Notes under the pieces: generated by a model
Seen by the model: only the letters and a program-made list of their open reading frames with translations
What the model was told of the DNA's origin: nothing
Database searches by the model: none
From: Thermoanaerobaculia bacterium
Lineage (GTDB): Bacteria; Acidobacteriota; Thermoanaerobaculia; Gp7-AA8
Direction: 5' to 3'
DNA: 61,928 bases
NCBI GenBank assembly: GCA_035688915.1
Contig: DASSMK010000245.1
Location: 1-61,928 of the forward strand
Shown: piece by piece, positions 36,650-47,131 of the stretch
How the letters are laid out: the number at the start of each line of letters is the position of its first letter
Numbering within the stretch: the stretch's first letter is position 1
Position numbers and translations under genes: made by a program

Positions 36650-38412
36650 GTTGCGTTGGTTCCGTGTGTCACAGTGACGATGATCGCGTCGCTGTCCGGC
36701 GGTGGTGCGGTCGCGTCCGCGGTGCTCAGTTTGGCCTCCGGAGCTCCCGACGCGCGCAGAATCGCTGCAACCGCGGCTGCCCGCGCGACGGATCGTGTCG
36801 ATTCGTCGGGTATGTTGATCGTGACGCGAAGCTCGGCGAATTCGGCCACGCTCTGCGCGACGGCGACGAGCTGCTGTTTGGAGAGCGCCGGGACATCTGC
36901 AGAACGGCCGGCGAATGCGATCGTGGTCGTCTGCGGAATCCAGTGCAGAGCGACGCGCGCGTTCGGCAGGCCGAGTCTGGCGAGAACGTCGCGCACGATG
37001 AGCGATTGTGCATCCGCGCTGAACGCCGCTGGCGCGAGGTAGGTCAGCGTGACATCTGCGGCGTTCGAGCGAACGGTGAGCGCCGCGTCGACCAGCATGG
37101 AATCGCCCGGCAGCGGCGTTGCGGCCAGCGCAGCGATGCCGCGTTGCCGCACCGCATCGAGATGCGCGGTGAGCGGCACTTCGGCAGGGGTGGTCTCCGG
37201 CCGCGTGCGCGAGGCGATTTCGTAGCGCGAGGTCGGCACTTCGATGAGGCTCAGCACGAGCGACTCCGGCGGACGCCGCAGTTCGCGCGCCACGGTATCG
37301 ATGTACTCGGTCCGCTCGTCGGGCGAAAGAGGCCGGCCTGTGAAAACGCGCATCGACAGCGACGTGCTGCCATCTTCATCCTGCTTTGCCTCGAGCACAT
37401 CGATGAACGAGCGCGCCTCGCCGCTGGCGGTCGTCGCGAAACGCTCCTGCCACACTTCGGATGCCTTTCGCTGGATTGCGTTCAGCTGATGCCGCTCTGT
37501 AATCTCGCGCGACAAGGCATCGAAGGAGCGCTTCAGGGGAACGAAGATGATGCCCACGAGCATCACCAGCAGAACGATGCGCGCCGGCAGGCTTCCGATG
37601 CGCGCCAGCGCGGTCGGCAGCGGCAGGCGATCGAGAGCTCGCGTGGTGGTGCCGGGGTCTTGCTGTCGCCATTCGCGAATGTACGCGCGCACGGAATCCG
37701 CGTCGACGTGCAACGCGAGGAAGACGAGCATCGACGCGAACGTGATGGCCACGAGGTTCGTGACGAACAGCAGCGCGCCGCCGCGCATGATGACCAAGCC
37801 TTGCGCGCGCTCGACGGTGAGCAGCACGCCGACGCCGTAGCCGGTCACGCAGAGCGGAGGCATGAGTGCGACTGCGATCGCCACTCCCGGAATGGACGTC
37901 GGCACGCCGCGGAGACTCTTCGACGTGGCGAGCGCGCCGACGGCACCGGAGAAGAGCGCGACGATGAGATCGAGTGTGTTCGGTTGCGTCCGCGCGGCGA
38001 TCTCCGATGTCATCTCGCGGAAGGGCAGCAGGACGACGAGCAGTGTCGCGAACGCGACGGCGACGAGTGCCGCGACGACGACGTTCGCAGTGGAGCGAAC
38101 GGTCAGGATGAAATCGCCGGCGGCGAGGGCGAGGCCGGTCGCCATGATCGGACCCATGAGCGGCGAGATCAGCATCGCGCCGATGATGACGGCCGGGCTG
38201 CCGAGCGTGAGCCCGACCGTGGCGATGCCGGCAGCGAACACGATTTCGGCCCAATACGTCGCGTCGCGCATCGACGCCGATCGCGCGACGCTGCGGTAGA
38301 CCTCCACCTTCTGGTCGTCGGTCAAGCCGATGTGCGTCGCGAGCCAGTCCCGCCAAGACGCGTTCGGGGATTCGTCGCGTTCTCGTCGCAGCGGTGTTTC
38401 GCCGGCCGCCAT
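36646..38412 (-). CDS. DUF389 domain-containing membrane protein
   Basis: 588 aa. IVFAAGIATVGLTLGSPAVIIGAMLISPLMGPIMATGLALAAGD and following helices match the DUF389 hydrophobic domain. It has a long soluble C-terminal extension. Confidence 0.75.
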   Translation of the reverse strand: MAAGETPLRRERDESPNASWRDWLATHIGLTDDQKVEVYRSVARSASMRDATYWAEIVFAAGIATVGLTLGSPAVIIGAMLISPLMGPIMATGLALAAGDFILTVRSTANVVVAALVAVAFATLLVVLLPFREMTSEIAARTQPNTLDLIVALFSGAVGALATSKSLRGVPTSIPGVAIAVALMPPLCVTGYGVGVLLTVERAQGLVIMRGGALLFVTNLVAITFASMLVFLALHVDADSVRAYIREWRQQDPGTTTRALDRLPLPTALARIGSLPARIVLLVMLVGIIFVPLKRSFDALSREITERHQLNAIQRKASEVWQERFATTASGEARSFIDVLEAKQDEDGSTSLSMRVFTGRPLSPDERTEYIDTVARELRRPPESLVLSLIEVPTSRYEIASRTRPETTPAEVPLTAHLDAVRQRGIAALAATPLPGDSMLVDAALTVRSNAADVTLTYLAPAAFSADAQSLIVRDVLARLGLPNARVALHWIPQTTTIAFAGRSADVPALSKQQLVAVAQSVAEFAELRVTINIPDESTRSVARAAAVAAILRASGAPEAKLSTADATAPPPDSDAIIVTVTHGTNAT

Positions 38413-38415
38413 GGC

Positions 38416-39834
38416 TTACCGCACCACCGCTTCCTGTCGCCGCTCGCGCTGGCGCCGTTCGTCGTCATCTTCCATCGCTTCGGTCACCACATCGCAAACA
38501 GCGCTCTCCGCGTCCTGCGGTGCGCCCGCGGTTTTCGCCAGCAGCGCGCGCAACGCAGGAGGTGCGACGAACGTGGTGATCATCACCATCAGCGCCACGG
38601 AGCTGTAGAGCCCCGCGGAGAGAAGGCCCGCGGAGAGGCCGAGCTGCGCGAAGATCAGACCGACTTCGCCACGCGGGATCATCCCGACGCCAATCACCAT
38701 CTTCCGCAGCGGTCTTCCAAACGCGAAGAAGCCGGCGAGCATTTTCCCCGCGATGGCCACGAGCGTCAGGAGAATGCCGACCACGAAGAACGGCCGCGTC
38801 GCCGGATCGAACGGATTGATCGCCTTCAAATCGACCGCCGCGCCGACGGAGACGAAGAAGATGGGGATGAAGAACTGCGCGACGTCGAAGACTTAGTGTT
38901 CGATGTCGCGGCCGCGGTCCGTCTTCGCGAGCACGAGCCCCGCGGCGAACGCGCCGATGATGAGCGCGGATCCGATCGCGGAGGCGAGCCACGCCAGACC
39001 GAAGGCGAACATGATCGACGCGAAGAAGAGCGCCTTTCCGACGCGCAGCCGCGTCAGGAGCTTGATCAGCGGTGGCGCGAGCCACGAGCCGATCACGATC
39101 GCAAGAACGACGAAGCCGAACGCGACGCCGAAGATTTTGCTGACGCCGAGCACCGTCATCCGCTCGCCCGCGGCGATGGCGCTGATCACGGTCAGCAGGA
39201 CGAGGCCGAGGATGTCGTCCACGACGGCGGCGCCGAGAATGACCTGCGATTCATCCGACTTGAGATGGCCGAGATCGGACAGCACTCGCGCCGTGATGCC
39301 GACGGATGTGGCGGTGAGAGCCGCGCCGAGGAACACCGAGACCGTCGCCGGATAGTGCAGCCACATCCCGACGCCGTAGCCCGCGGCGAACGGCAGAACC
39401 ACTCCGGCCAGCGCGACGGCGAGCGACGCGCCACCGACGGAGAGCAGCCGGCCGATGTCGGTCTCCAATCCGATCAGGAAGAGCAACAGCAGCACGCCGA
39501 GCTCCGCGAGGACGTGCAGCAGAGGATCGTGCGTATCGATCAGATGGAGTCCGGAGACGCCGATGACGATGCCGCCGACCATCTCGCCGAGAACGGCCGG
39601 TTGTCCAATACGCTCGGCCAGCTCGCCGAACAGCTTGGCGGCGGCGAAGATCGCCACGAGAGCGATGAGAAGCGCGGTGATGGTCACGAGGCACGTCCCG
39701 CGGGAACGGCGAACGGGCGGCGCTGCGGCGTGAGGGAGTGCGGCCGCGGATTGCGAAGAATGTGATGTCGAGCCATGACGGAACTGCCGGAGTTGTCTCC
39801 CGGCATCTCTGCGAGCGGCGGCCCGACCACTCAC
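38416..39834 (-). pseudogene. CPA2-type cation:proton antiporter (Kef/NapA-like) interrupted by a single in-frame TAA
   Basis: ORFs 38893..39834 and 38416..38829 share one frame. The junction reads ...KTDRGRDIEH-TAA(38893-38895)-VFDVAQFFIPIFFVSVGAAVDLKAINPF..., colinear with Na+/H+ exchanger family proteins. The likely true start is GTG 39687 (VTITALLIALVAIFAAAKLFGELAE). Confidence 0.7.
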
Positions 39835-40063
39835 TGTTCCTGCGGAGAGGCATTCCCCGCACCCGTCGAAGCGTTGTTACGAACCGCGCGCCCGGCGTGG
39901 AAAATTGCGCAGCAACGTTCGATTGCCGGGCGCGCGCGATCAGGTTAGCCGATCGCACTTTGCGGCGCGAGAGAGCCGCACCGGCAGCGAGAGCAGCGCC
40001 GCACCACAAGCCCTCGCGCCACCCCAGTCCGCGCGCAGCGGCGATCGGTTGCGTGCGCACCGG

Positions 40064-41167
40064 CTACGCACGATTCTGTGGCGACGGCACCACGACTGGT
40101 TCACGCGCTCGCTGGCGCAGGTCGATCTCGCGCAGCAGCGGCACTTGCACCGTGAACGTGGCGCCGCGATTCCGGCCGGCGCTGTGCGCCGTGACGCTGC
40201 CTTCGTGCAATTCGACGATATGGCGGACGATCGACAGTCCGAGACCGAGGCCGCCTTTCCGGACGCTCCCGACACCTTGCGTGAAACGGTCGAAGAGGTG
40301 CCGCAGCAATTCGTCGCTAATGCCTTCTCCGTTGTCTGAAACTTCCACGATCGCGTCGTTCTGCTCGTGCAGAACGCGCACGCGAATCGAGCCGCTGTCC
40401 GGTGTGAACTTGACGGCGTTCGACAAGAGGTTCCACACGACCTGCTTGAGCCGCTCGCGATCGCCGCAGACGACGGACGTGTCTTGCAGCCCCTGCACGT
40501 CAATGCTGATCTTCTTCGTATCCGCATCCGGTTTGACGACCGCCACTGCATCGGTGACTACGTCGCGAATGAGCAGTGGCTCGCGGTGAACGTGGAGCTT
40601 GCCCAGAACGATGCGCGACGCGTCGAGCATGTCGTTGATCAACATGTTCTGGGTGCGGGCACTCTGCTCGATACTGTCCAACGCCAGCTGGCGAGTGTCG
40701 CCGTCCAGATCGCCGACGCGCAGGATTTTCAACCAGCCGAGAATGGTCGTCAGCGGTGTCCGCAATTCGTGTGAGACCGTGGCGATGAATTCGTCTTTCG
40801 ATCGGTCGAGCGCCGAAAGCTCGTCCAGCGCAATGCGCAATTCGCGTTCGGCCGCTTTCCTTGCCGCGCTGATCGAGCTGATGACGAGCGCTTCCACGAT
40901 GAACACCGTCAGCCGCAGCAGATCGTCGTATCCCAGATCGAGACTGCGCTCGGTGCCGAGATCGAACCACGCGGTGGCGAGCGACGCCAGGAACGTCGCC
41001 AGCAGTCCTGGTCCCGCGCCCGCGTAAGCGGCGACCAGCAGGATGGCGAGGAAATACGGCCCGGAGATCTGCGCGGAAAGCAGCGGCGCGAGCGCACGCG
41101 CCACGGCAGATGCCGTCGCGACAGCGACGACGGCCAACGCGTACCGCCGCGCGTCACGCCAGCCCAT
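40064..41167 (-). CDS. Sensor histidine kinase (DUF4118-like TM domain, HisKA, HATPase_c)
   Basis: H-box SHELRTPLTTILGW, N-box VVWNLLSNAVKFT, G-boxes DNGEGI and GGLGLGLSIV. Confidence 0.88.
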   Translation of the reverse strand: MGWRDARRYALAVVAVATASAVARALAPLLSAQISGPYFLAILLVAAYAGAGPGLLATFLASLATAWFDLGTERSLDLGYDDLLRLTVFIVEALVISSISAARKAAERELRIALDELSALDRSKDEFIATVSHELRTPLTTILGWLKILRVGDLDGDTRQLALDSIEQSARTQNMLINDMLDASRIVLGKLHVHREPLLIRDVVTDAVAVVKPDADTKKISIDVQGLQDTSVVCGDRERLKQVVWNLLSNAVKFTPDSGSIRVRVLHEQNDAIVEVSDNGEGISDELLRHLFDRFTQGVGSVRKGGLGLGLSIVRHIVELHEGSVTAHSAGRNRGATFTVQVPLLREIDLRQRAREPVVVPSPQNRA

Positions 41168-41795
41168 GGTCTCTCGCGTAGTTGATCAACGCGTAGCGGC
41201 CGTCGATGCGCAACTTTTCATAGATGCTGTGCAAGTGAAACTTCACAGTCCCCTCGGTCACCTCGAGACGCGAGGCTATCTCTTTGTTTCGCAAGCCGGC
41301 GGCGACCATCTTCGTGACCTCGACTTCGCGCGGCGTGAGCGTCGATGACGCCGCGGCGACTGCCTGCTCGCGTTGCAGTACCAGACGAAGCGCGCCGGCG
41401 ATGGCTTTGCCGTTCCAGCTTTGTTCGCCGGCGGCCACCTGGCGCACGCTTTGGGCGAGCAGGCGAGGTGCGGACTCTTTCAACACGAGGCCGCACGCGC
41501 CGAGGCGAAATGCTTCGAGCAGCCGGCCGTCGTCGAGCGACGCGGTGAGCAGCACCACTTTCACCGGCAGCTGGCGCTCGTGAATGATCCGCAGTAATTC
41601 GATGCCGTCCAGTTCGGGCATGCGCACGTCGAGGACGAGAATGTCGGGTCGATAACGTTCGACCGCTTCGAGCGCATCACGGCCGTTCAGGCAGCGCGCG
41701 ACGATCTCGCAGTCGGCCTCGCCGCGGAAGAGCTGCTCCAGCCCGTCGAGGATGAAGGGATGATCGTCGGCGATCACGATCCGGATGGCCATCAC
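41154..41795 (-). CDS. NarL/LuxR family response regulator
   Basis: Receiver IRIVIADDHPFILDGL...DILVLDVRMPELDG and a C-terminal LuxR HTH LTPREVEVTKMVAAGLRNKEIASRLEVTEGTVKFHLHSIYEKL. Confidence 0.92.
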   Translation of the reverse strand: MMAIRIVIADDHPFILDGLEQLFRGEADCEIVARCLNGRDALEAVERYRPDILVLDVRMPELDGIELLRIIHERQLPVKVVLLTASLDDGRLLEAFRLGACGLVLKESAPRLLAQSVRQVAAGEQSWNGKAIAGALRLVLQREQAVAAASSTLTPREVEVTKMVAAGLRNKEIASRLEVTEGTVKFHLHSIYEKLRIDGRYALINYARDHGLA

Positions 41796-43489
41796 GCCTC
41801 CTCACCGACAGGGAGGTGCATTTCGACGGACGCGCCGGCGCTGGATGACTCCACGACCAGAGTGCCGCCGAGGTTGCGCGCGCGTTCTTTCAGCGTGCGC
41901 GGGCCGAGGCCGGCGGCGTCGAGCGAAGGCATGTCACGACGGCCCGTGAACGGGAAGCCGCGGCCGTTGTCGCCAACGCGCATCTCGACATGGCCGTCGC
42001 GACGCAGGAGGGTCACCGTCGCGCGCGAAGCGGCGCCGTGCCGCGCAGCATTCGACAGCGATTCGTTGACCATCCGGCAGAGGTCGTGCGCGAGCCACGC
42101 GGGAACGGCGAACGGCGCCGGCAGATCGACGTCGACTTCCAGTCCCCATTCGAGCGGAAAGCGTTCGCTCATGCGGCGCAGTTCTTCGGCGACGATCGTC
42201 TGCCCATCGCGCGGATCGTGCGGTCTCAACTCGCGCACGAGCGTGCGCAATTCGCGCTGATCCTGTTCGAGCACGCGCTGCACGTCGACGAGCTCGCGCG
42301 CGATTTCTGAATCTGGCGGGAAGCGGCCGCGCAGGCCGTGCAGCCGCAGACCGATGCCGGCGAGCGACTGCACGATGCCGTCGTGGAGGTCGCGCGAGAT
42401 GCGGAGACGCTCTTCGGTGCTCGCCGTGTGGCGGACCTGCCGCAGAAAGAAAAATTGATCGAGCGTCGCGAGCACGAGCCGGCCGGCGACATGCGCGAGC
42501 GCGAGATCGTCGGCCGTTACCGTGCGCACGTCCGGAACGATGAAGCGTGCCGTCAGCGTCTCGCTGGCGAGCGACACGACGATCGCGCTTTGCAGAGGGA
42601 AGCGCTCGCGTAGTGCATCGCCGAGCGGGTCACCGGTCGCGTCGTGCACCGCGGATGACGTCGGGTCGTACATGAGCAACGATGCGCGATCGCGCACCCA
42701 CGCCGTGACGTTGCGCAACGCCTCCGCGCCCGGCGCATCGAACGTGCCGGGTGGCATCCGTTCGATGCGACAGCCCTCGCCCTCCAGTGCCGCGACGTAC
42801 ACCCACGGCTCTTCGTTCTCCTCCCACAGCAGCATCACGCCGTTGCTGCGCACGACGGCCGCTGCGTGCGCGAGAGTCACGCGCAGCACGTCATCGAGGC
42901 GTGATGTCAGTTCACGCGGCCACGCCGCGAGCGCCGCGAGCTCGGACCGCAGCTGCTGCTGGTAGACGCCGAGGTAGACGAGAAGGGCGGTGATGACGGC
43001 GAGGTAGGCGATGCGAATGACGGCACGGCTGGCTTCGAAGTCGGGCTGGCCGTATGACGCGAGGAGCGTCATCCCGCCGTAGATCGCCATCGCCGCAACT
43101 CCCGTGGCGAGGATGCCGCACCACGTGAAGCGCAAGGTCGCGCAGAACAGCGAGAAAACGAAGTAGAGGAAGAACGGGCTCGCGGGACCTTCGGTGAGAT
43201 AGACGAAGACCGTGAACAGCACGAGGTCGAGCGCGTGTGAGCCGAGACGCCAGCGCGGCGCGGGTACCGGCGAACGCCACGTCATCGCAGCCGCGGCGGC
43301 AGCGTAGATCGTGTAGACGCTCAGCAGCGTGTACGTGGCGCGTTGGAATTGCGCGGGCGTGGACGGCTCGAGGTAGACGGCAGCGAGCGACGAGAACGCG
43401 AGCACGAAGCGGCCCGCGGCGATGAGCCGTTCGGCGCGCGCGTGGGGCGTGTAGCCGGGTTGAAAGGCGATCGGATTCGTCGCGGTCAC
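41792..43489 (-). CDS. Membrane sensor histidine kinase, HisKA_3 (NarX/LiaS) type, with a GAF-like module
   Basis: Five to six N-terminal TM helices, H-box ISRDLHDGIVQSLAGI, and an ATPase domain ...MVNESLSNAARHG...DNGRGF. Confidence 0.88.
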   Translation of the reverse strand: MTATNPIAFQPGYTPHARAERLIAAGRFVLAFSSLAAVYLEPSTPAQFQRATYTLLSVYTIYAAAAAAMTWRSPVPAPRWRLGSHALDLVLFTVFVYLTEGPASPFFLYFVFSLFCATLRFTWCGILATGVAAMAIYGGMTLLASYGQPDFEASRAVIRIAYLAVITALLVYLGVYQQQLRSELAALAAWPRELTSRLDDVLRVTLAHAAAVVRSNGVMLLWEENEEPWVYVAALEGEGCRIERMPPGTFDAPGAEALRNVTAWVRDRASLLMYDPTSSAVHDATGDPLGDALRERFPLQSAIVVSLASETLTARFIVPDVRTVTADDLALAHVAGRLVLATLDQFFFLRQVRHTASTEERLRISRDLHDGIVQSLAGIGLRLHGLRGRFPPDSEIARELVDVQRVLEQDQRELRTLVRELRPHDPRDGQTIVAEELRRMSERFPLEWGLEVDVDLPAPFAVPAWLAHDLCRMVNESLSNAARHGAASRATVTLLRRDGHVEMRVGDNGRGFPFTGRRDMPSLDAAGLGPRTLKERARNLGGTLVVESSSAGASVEMHLPVGEEA

Positions 43490-43635
43490 TGCGCGTCCAA
43501 CGTACCGAAACGGGCGGACCTTTCCACCCTATCGAAAGTAGAGGGTGGCCTTGCCGCGCGAGCGATGCGCATCGCGCTCTCCGCTTCCTACACTGCGAGT
43601 CGGCCGGTACTGCCGGCGATCTTGTCGTCCCAAGG

Positions 43636-44220
43636 ATGTGTATGCGTAGACGGGTATTGCTTCTCATTCTCCTGTCCCTCTGTGTAGTGATCGCAACGAG
43701 CTGCCGGTCGCGCCGCAAAGTGCCGGCGCCACAAACCGCACCACCGGTCGCTGCGGCGACAACACCCGAGCCGTCGGTGCCGGTGGCTTCACCCGATCGC
43801 GATTTCGTCCAGCCGCAGGCGGAGCCGCGCGACGTGTTGAGCGAAGACATCGCGGAGGCGGATCGCATGGCGCGCGAGCGCGGGTGGATTCGCGATGCGT
43901 TCTTTGCGTTCGACGCCTGGACGCTCAGCTCCGAAGCGCAGGACGCGCTCCGGCAGTCGGCGACGTGGCTCGGCCAGCACCCTGAATTTCGGATCCGCAT
44001 CGAAGGGCATTGCGACGAGCGCGGCACCGAGCAGTACAACCTCGCCCTCGGCGACCGCCGCGCCGAAACGGCAGCGTCCTATCTCGTCGTTCTCGGCATC
44101 GATCGGTCGCGCATCGAGACCGTCAGCTATGGCGAGCAAAGGCCGTTTGAAGAAGGCTCGAACGAGTCGGCGTGGGCGCAGAACCGCCGCGCGCACCTCG
44201 TGCTCGCCGGCCGCCGTTGA
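43636..44220 (+). CDS. pal: Peptidoglycan-associated lipoprotein (OmpA-family C-terminal domain)
   Basis: Lipobox VIATSC after a hydrophobic signal. OmpA_C region FFAFDAWTLS...IRIEGHCDERGTEQYNLALGDRRAETAASYLV...NRRAHLV. Confidence 0.88.
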   Translation: MCMRRRVLLLILLSLCVVIATSCRSRRKVPAPQTAPPVAAATTPEPSVPVASPDRDFVQPQAEPRDVLSEDIAEADRMARERGWIRDAFFAFDAWTLSSEAQDALRQSATWLGQHPEFRIRIEGHCDERGTEQYNLALGDRRAETAASYLVVLGIDRSRIETVSYGEQRPFEEGSNESAWAQNRRAHLVLAGRR

Positions 44221-44287
44221 TCGCGAGCGGAGCGCAGCCGGAGGGAGACGCTTTCTTCCTCCGGCTCGTGCGACCGCCACAGCTGCC

Positions 44288-44476
44288 ATGACCCGCGAAA
44301 CCGCTGACACGCTCGTCGCGCGCATCGACTCGATGTCCGCCGAAATCGATCTGCTGCAGGCGGCGATCGACGCTGAGGAGCTTGCGCCGAATCAGCGGCA
44401 GTACATCTCCCGATGCTTCGAACTTCTTCACATCGAACTGACCACGGTCACGACGTACATCAAACAGTTGCGGTGA
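44288..44476 (+). CDS. Small hypothetical protein (62 aa, helical)
   Basis: ATG ORF whose stop overlaps the next gene's GTG (GTGA at 44473-44476). No family recognised. Confidence 0.4.
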   Translation: MTRETADTLVARIDSMSAEIDLLQAAIDAEELAPNQRQYISRCFELLHIELTTVTTYIKQLR

Positions 44477-45237
44477 CGCGTCGTGCTGCGATGTGGGTGC
44501 TGCCGGTGTGTCTGCTGGCGTTCGGCGGCGTCGTCGCACACACGCTCATGATGCCGATGCCGGCGGCGCCACCGCCTCGGCCCGCCGAGGTGGTGCGTTT
44601 CGATAGGACCATCCGTCTGGACATCGAATACGACCAGACGTTCGCCGCGCAGCATGGCGAGCACGCGTACTACCTCTTTCACCCGCTGGGGCACTGCTGG
44701 GACGCCAACGACATCCCTTTCCTCGGCGGCGAGACGACGTATGGAAGCAAGACCAGGATGACGTTCGACATCGACGCGGGAAACGAAGAGATCATGGACG
44801 ACTCGCCGGGGCCTGTATCGCGCTCGACGGCGCACCGCGCGCCAATGGTGCTGCGCGAAAAACTGGCGCGAGCGCGCGCTGTCGCTCGCGATCTGACGTT
44901 GTATCCGGCGGTGCACGATGCGTTGCTGCACGAGCCTTCGCCCGCGAATCCGGCGTACATCGAGAAGAAGGGGGCGATTCTCGCGGCGGCAGGCGACCAG
45001 CGCGCGAAGATCGCTGACCTATTCCGCGAATTCGAGATCACGCGGCGGCAGATGCGGGACGACGCGGAAGTGCGGCAACAGATTGCGGAGCACTATTGGC
45101 GCGCGAATGACGCAATCCGCCAACGCGACTACGAAAGAGCGGATGCAGAGCTACAGCTGATTCGCGCGATCCGGCCGCTTCCGGATGTGCACATGCTGAT
45201 CGGCGCCGTCGCGAAGAAGGTGAAGCGCAGCCGGTAG
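44473..45237 (+). CDS. Hypothetical membrane-anchored protein
   Basis: 254 aa with an N-terminal TM/signal (MWVLPVCLLAFGGVVAHTL) and normal coding composition. Alternative ATG at 44491. Confidence 0.55.
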   Translation: MTRRAAMWVLPVCLLAFGGVVAHTLMMPMPAAPPPRPAEVVRFDRTIRLDIEYDQTFAAQHGEHAYYLFHPLGHCWDANDIPFLGGETTYGSKTRMTFDIDAGNEEIMDDSPGPVSRSTAHRAPMVLREKLARARAVARDLTLYPAVHDALLHEPSPANPAYIEKKGAILAAAGDQRAKIADLFREFEITRRQMRDDAEVRQQIAEHYWRANDAIRQRDYERADAELQLIRAIRPLPDVHMLIGAVAKKVKRSR

Positions 45238-45275
45238 GTGCTGCCCGTCAAGATTTGGCGCGCAGCCGTGAGGTA

Positions 45276-46112
45276 CTAGCCGGCCGTCTCGTCGTCCGAC
45301 TCGTGCTGCGTGCTCGGTTGGCCGTACGCCGCGTGGACCGCTGCCATGCGCAGCTCAAACTCGTCCACTACCTGTTCGGCGAGTTCTTCGTCGCGATCGG
45401 TGAGCGCTTCCAGAAAACGCTCGCCTCTTCCTGGCTGTCCGCCGCCGTAGATGCTGATCAGGACGTCGACGTGACGCTCCACGTCGTCCGGCTCGATCTC
45501 CGCGGCTTCGCGGAACGCGCGCTCAGCGCGCCGAAAGTCCAGCTTCTCCAGATACGCATGGCCGAGGATCGACAGTACGTCAGCGTCCTTTTCGAATTTG
45601 CGGAGGTACGCGCGCGCACTCTCGATCAGCGTGTCGCCGGCCGCGAGATCGCGGAGCAACTCGAGTAGCGCGAAGTGGAGGTCGGGGTCTTCCGGAATCC
45701 GCGCGATGGCTTGCTGGTACGTCTCGACTGCGGCGGCGGTCTGGCCGAGCGCGACTTGCGCGGCGGCGAGAGCTTCGACGGCCGTGGAGGACGTGGGGTC
45801 GAGAGCGAGTGCGGTTTCGGCGGCGACGCGCGCTTCGTCGTTGCGCTGCAGCGCTGAAAACGCGAACGCCTTCAGCGTGTGGAGAGAGGCGGGACAGAGT
45901 CCGCGCAGGATGCCGGCGTCGGCGAGTGCGATGACGCGGGCCGCCGCTCCCATGTGCAGGTGGCAGCCGACCCACAGCTCGTACGCGCGCTCGTCGGACG
46001 GCGCGAACGCGACGGCGCGGGCGAGCAACGGCTGGGCGTCGGCGTACAAACCCTCCGCCATGAGGTCGAGCGCTTCCGTCACTTCCGAATCGATTGTGCG
46101 GAGACCTTGCAT
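45276..46112 (-). CDS. TPR repeat protein
   Basis: ATG at 46112 (MQGLRTIDSE...). The upstream part of the long ORF is Arg-rich GC noise. There are several TPR-like helical pairs. Confidence 0.65.
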   Translation of the reverse strand: MQGLRTIDSEVTEALDLMAEGLYADAQPLLARAVAFAPSDERAYELWVGCHLHMGAAARVIALADAGILRGLCPASLHTLKAFAFSALQRNDEARVAAETALALDPTSSTAVEALAAAQVALGQTAAAVETYQQAIARIPEDPDLHFALLELLRDLAAGDTLIESARAYLRKFEKDADVLSILGHAYLEKLDFRRAERAFREAAEIEPDDVERHVDVLISIYGGGQPGRGERFLEALTDRDEELAEQVVDEFELRMAAVHAAYGQPSTQHESDDETAG

Positions 46113-46147
46113 CGAACGGCGATGGTAGCCGAGAGATGAACGCTCCG

Positions 46148-47131
46148 CTACGCGCGCGGCAACGCGTTCAGCGCACCTTCCTGGTCGGGCAGCAGCGCCA
46201 GTGCGGTGACGCGCTTCTGCAATCCGGCCAGACCGTGCACGACCACCGGCTCGTGAAAACGCACCAGCCAGCGCGGCTCGTCGAGGATCGCGACCTTCAG
46301 CACGTCTTTGCGCTTCCAGTCCGCTTCGCCGTGCACGGCTTCGACCGCGGCGATGTTGGCGAGCGGCACGTCCACGCTCCAGCGCAGACCGAAGCGCAGA
46401 TGAAGCATGTCCGCGCTGATCGTGGAGCGGCGCAGACGCAGCGCGTGGTAATCGCCGAACAGCCAGAGCACAGCGTAGACGTCGAATGAAGTCCACACCC
46501 ACGCGGCGATGGGGCTCCAGCGCAGAAGCAAGAGGTGCATGCCGAATGCTTCGGCGGTCACCACCACGAGAATGCAGGCGAGGATCGAGCCCCAGCCGTT
46601 GCGCTGGTGGAACGTGAAGCCTTCCGATTCATCCGGTTTGCGGCGCCAGGTAAAGAAAGCGTAGTAGAGCACCGCCACTTCGCTCGCGACGATCTCCGCC
46701 GCGCGGTTGTTGCCGAACATCTCGCGCGCGGCAATGGTCATGCGCGCCAGCGGATCGGCGTCGCCAAACCGGCCGCGCAGTTTCGACATCCGTCGCACGA
46801 GCAGCACGATGGTCACGACTTCGAGCGGTGCGGAGAGCAGATGCAGATCGCGCAGAAAGAACTGCTGGCCGCGCGGAATCACCAGTGCCGCCAGCGTCAT
46901 GCAAACCACGAACACCGGCGCGATCGTGATCGGCCGCACTCCACGGCCGCGCACGACGAAGAACCAGTACAGCAGCGGGATCGTGATCGTCAGGTCGAAC
47001 GTCGCGCCCCATGCCGCGATATCCGGCACGGTGACGAAGAGACGCGAGCGGAGGATGGCGATGCACGCCGCCGTCACGGTCAGTGCGGCGAGGAGAAAGA
47101 GAGTGGCGGGGTTGCGTTGGGTGCGCGTCAT
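46148..47131 (-). CDS. Hypothetical polytopic membrane protein (third gene of the Trx-HMA operon)
   Basis: Its ATG at 47131 overlaps the upstream stop (ATGA). About 6 TM helices are followed by a soluble C-terminal domain. Confidence 0.65.
   Translation of the reverse strand: MTRTQRNPATLFLLAALTVTAACIAILRSRLFVTVPDIAAWGATFDLTITIPLLYWFFVVRGRGVRPITIAPVFVVCMTLAALVIPRGQQFFLRDLHLLSAPLEVVTIVLLVRRMSKLRGRFGDADPLARMTIAAREMFGNNRAAEIVASEVAVLYYAFFTWRRKPDESEGFTFHQRNGWGSILACILVVVTAEAFGMHLLLLRWSPIAAWVWTSFDVYAVLWLFGDYHALRLRRSTISADMLHLRFGLRWSVDVPLANIAAVEAVHGEADWKRKDVLKVAILDEPRWLVRFHEPVVVHGLAGLQKRVTALALLPDQEGALNALPRA

Noticed and set aside
36664-39765. 1033-aa plus-strand ORF spanning the DUF389 and antiporter loci
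   Set aside because: The translation is extremely Arg/Asp/Glu/Gly-rich nonsense that crosses two clearly coding minus-strand genes. It is a GC-bias artefact.
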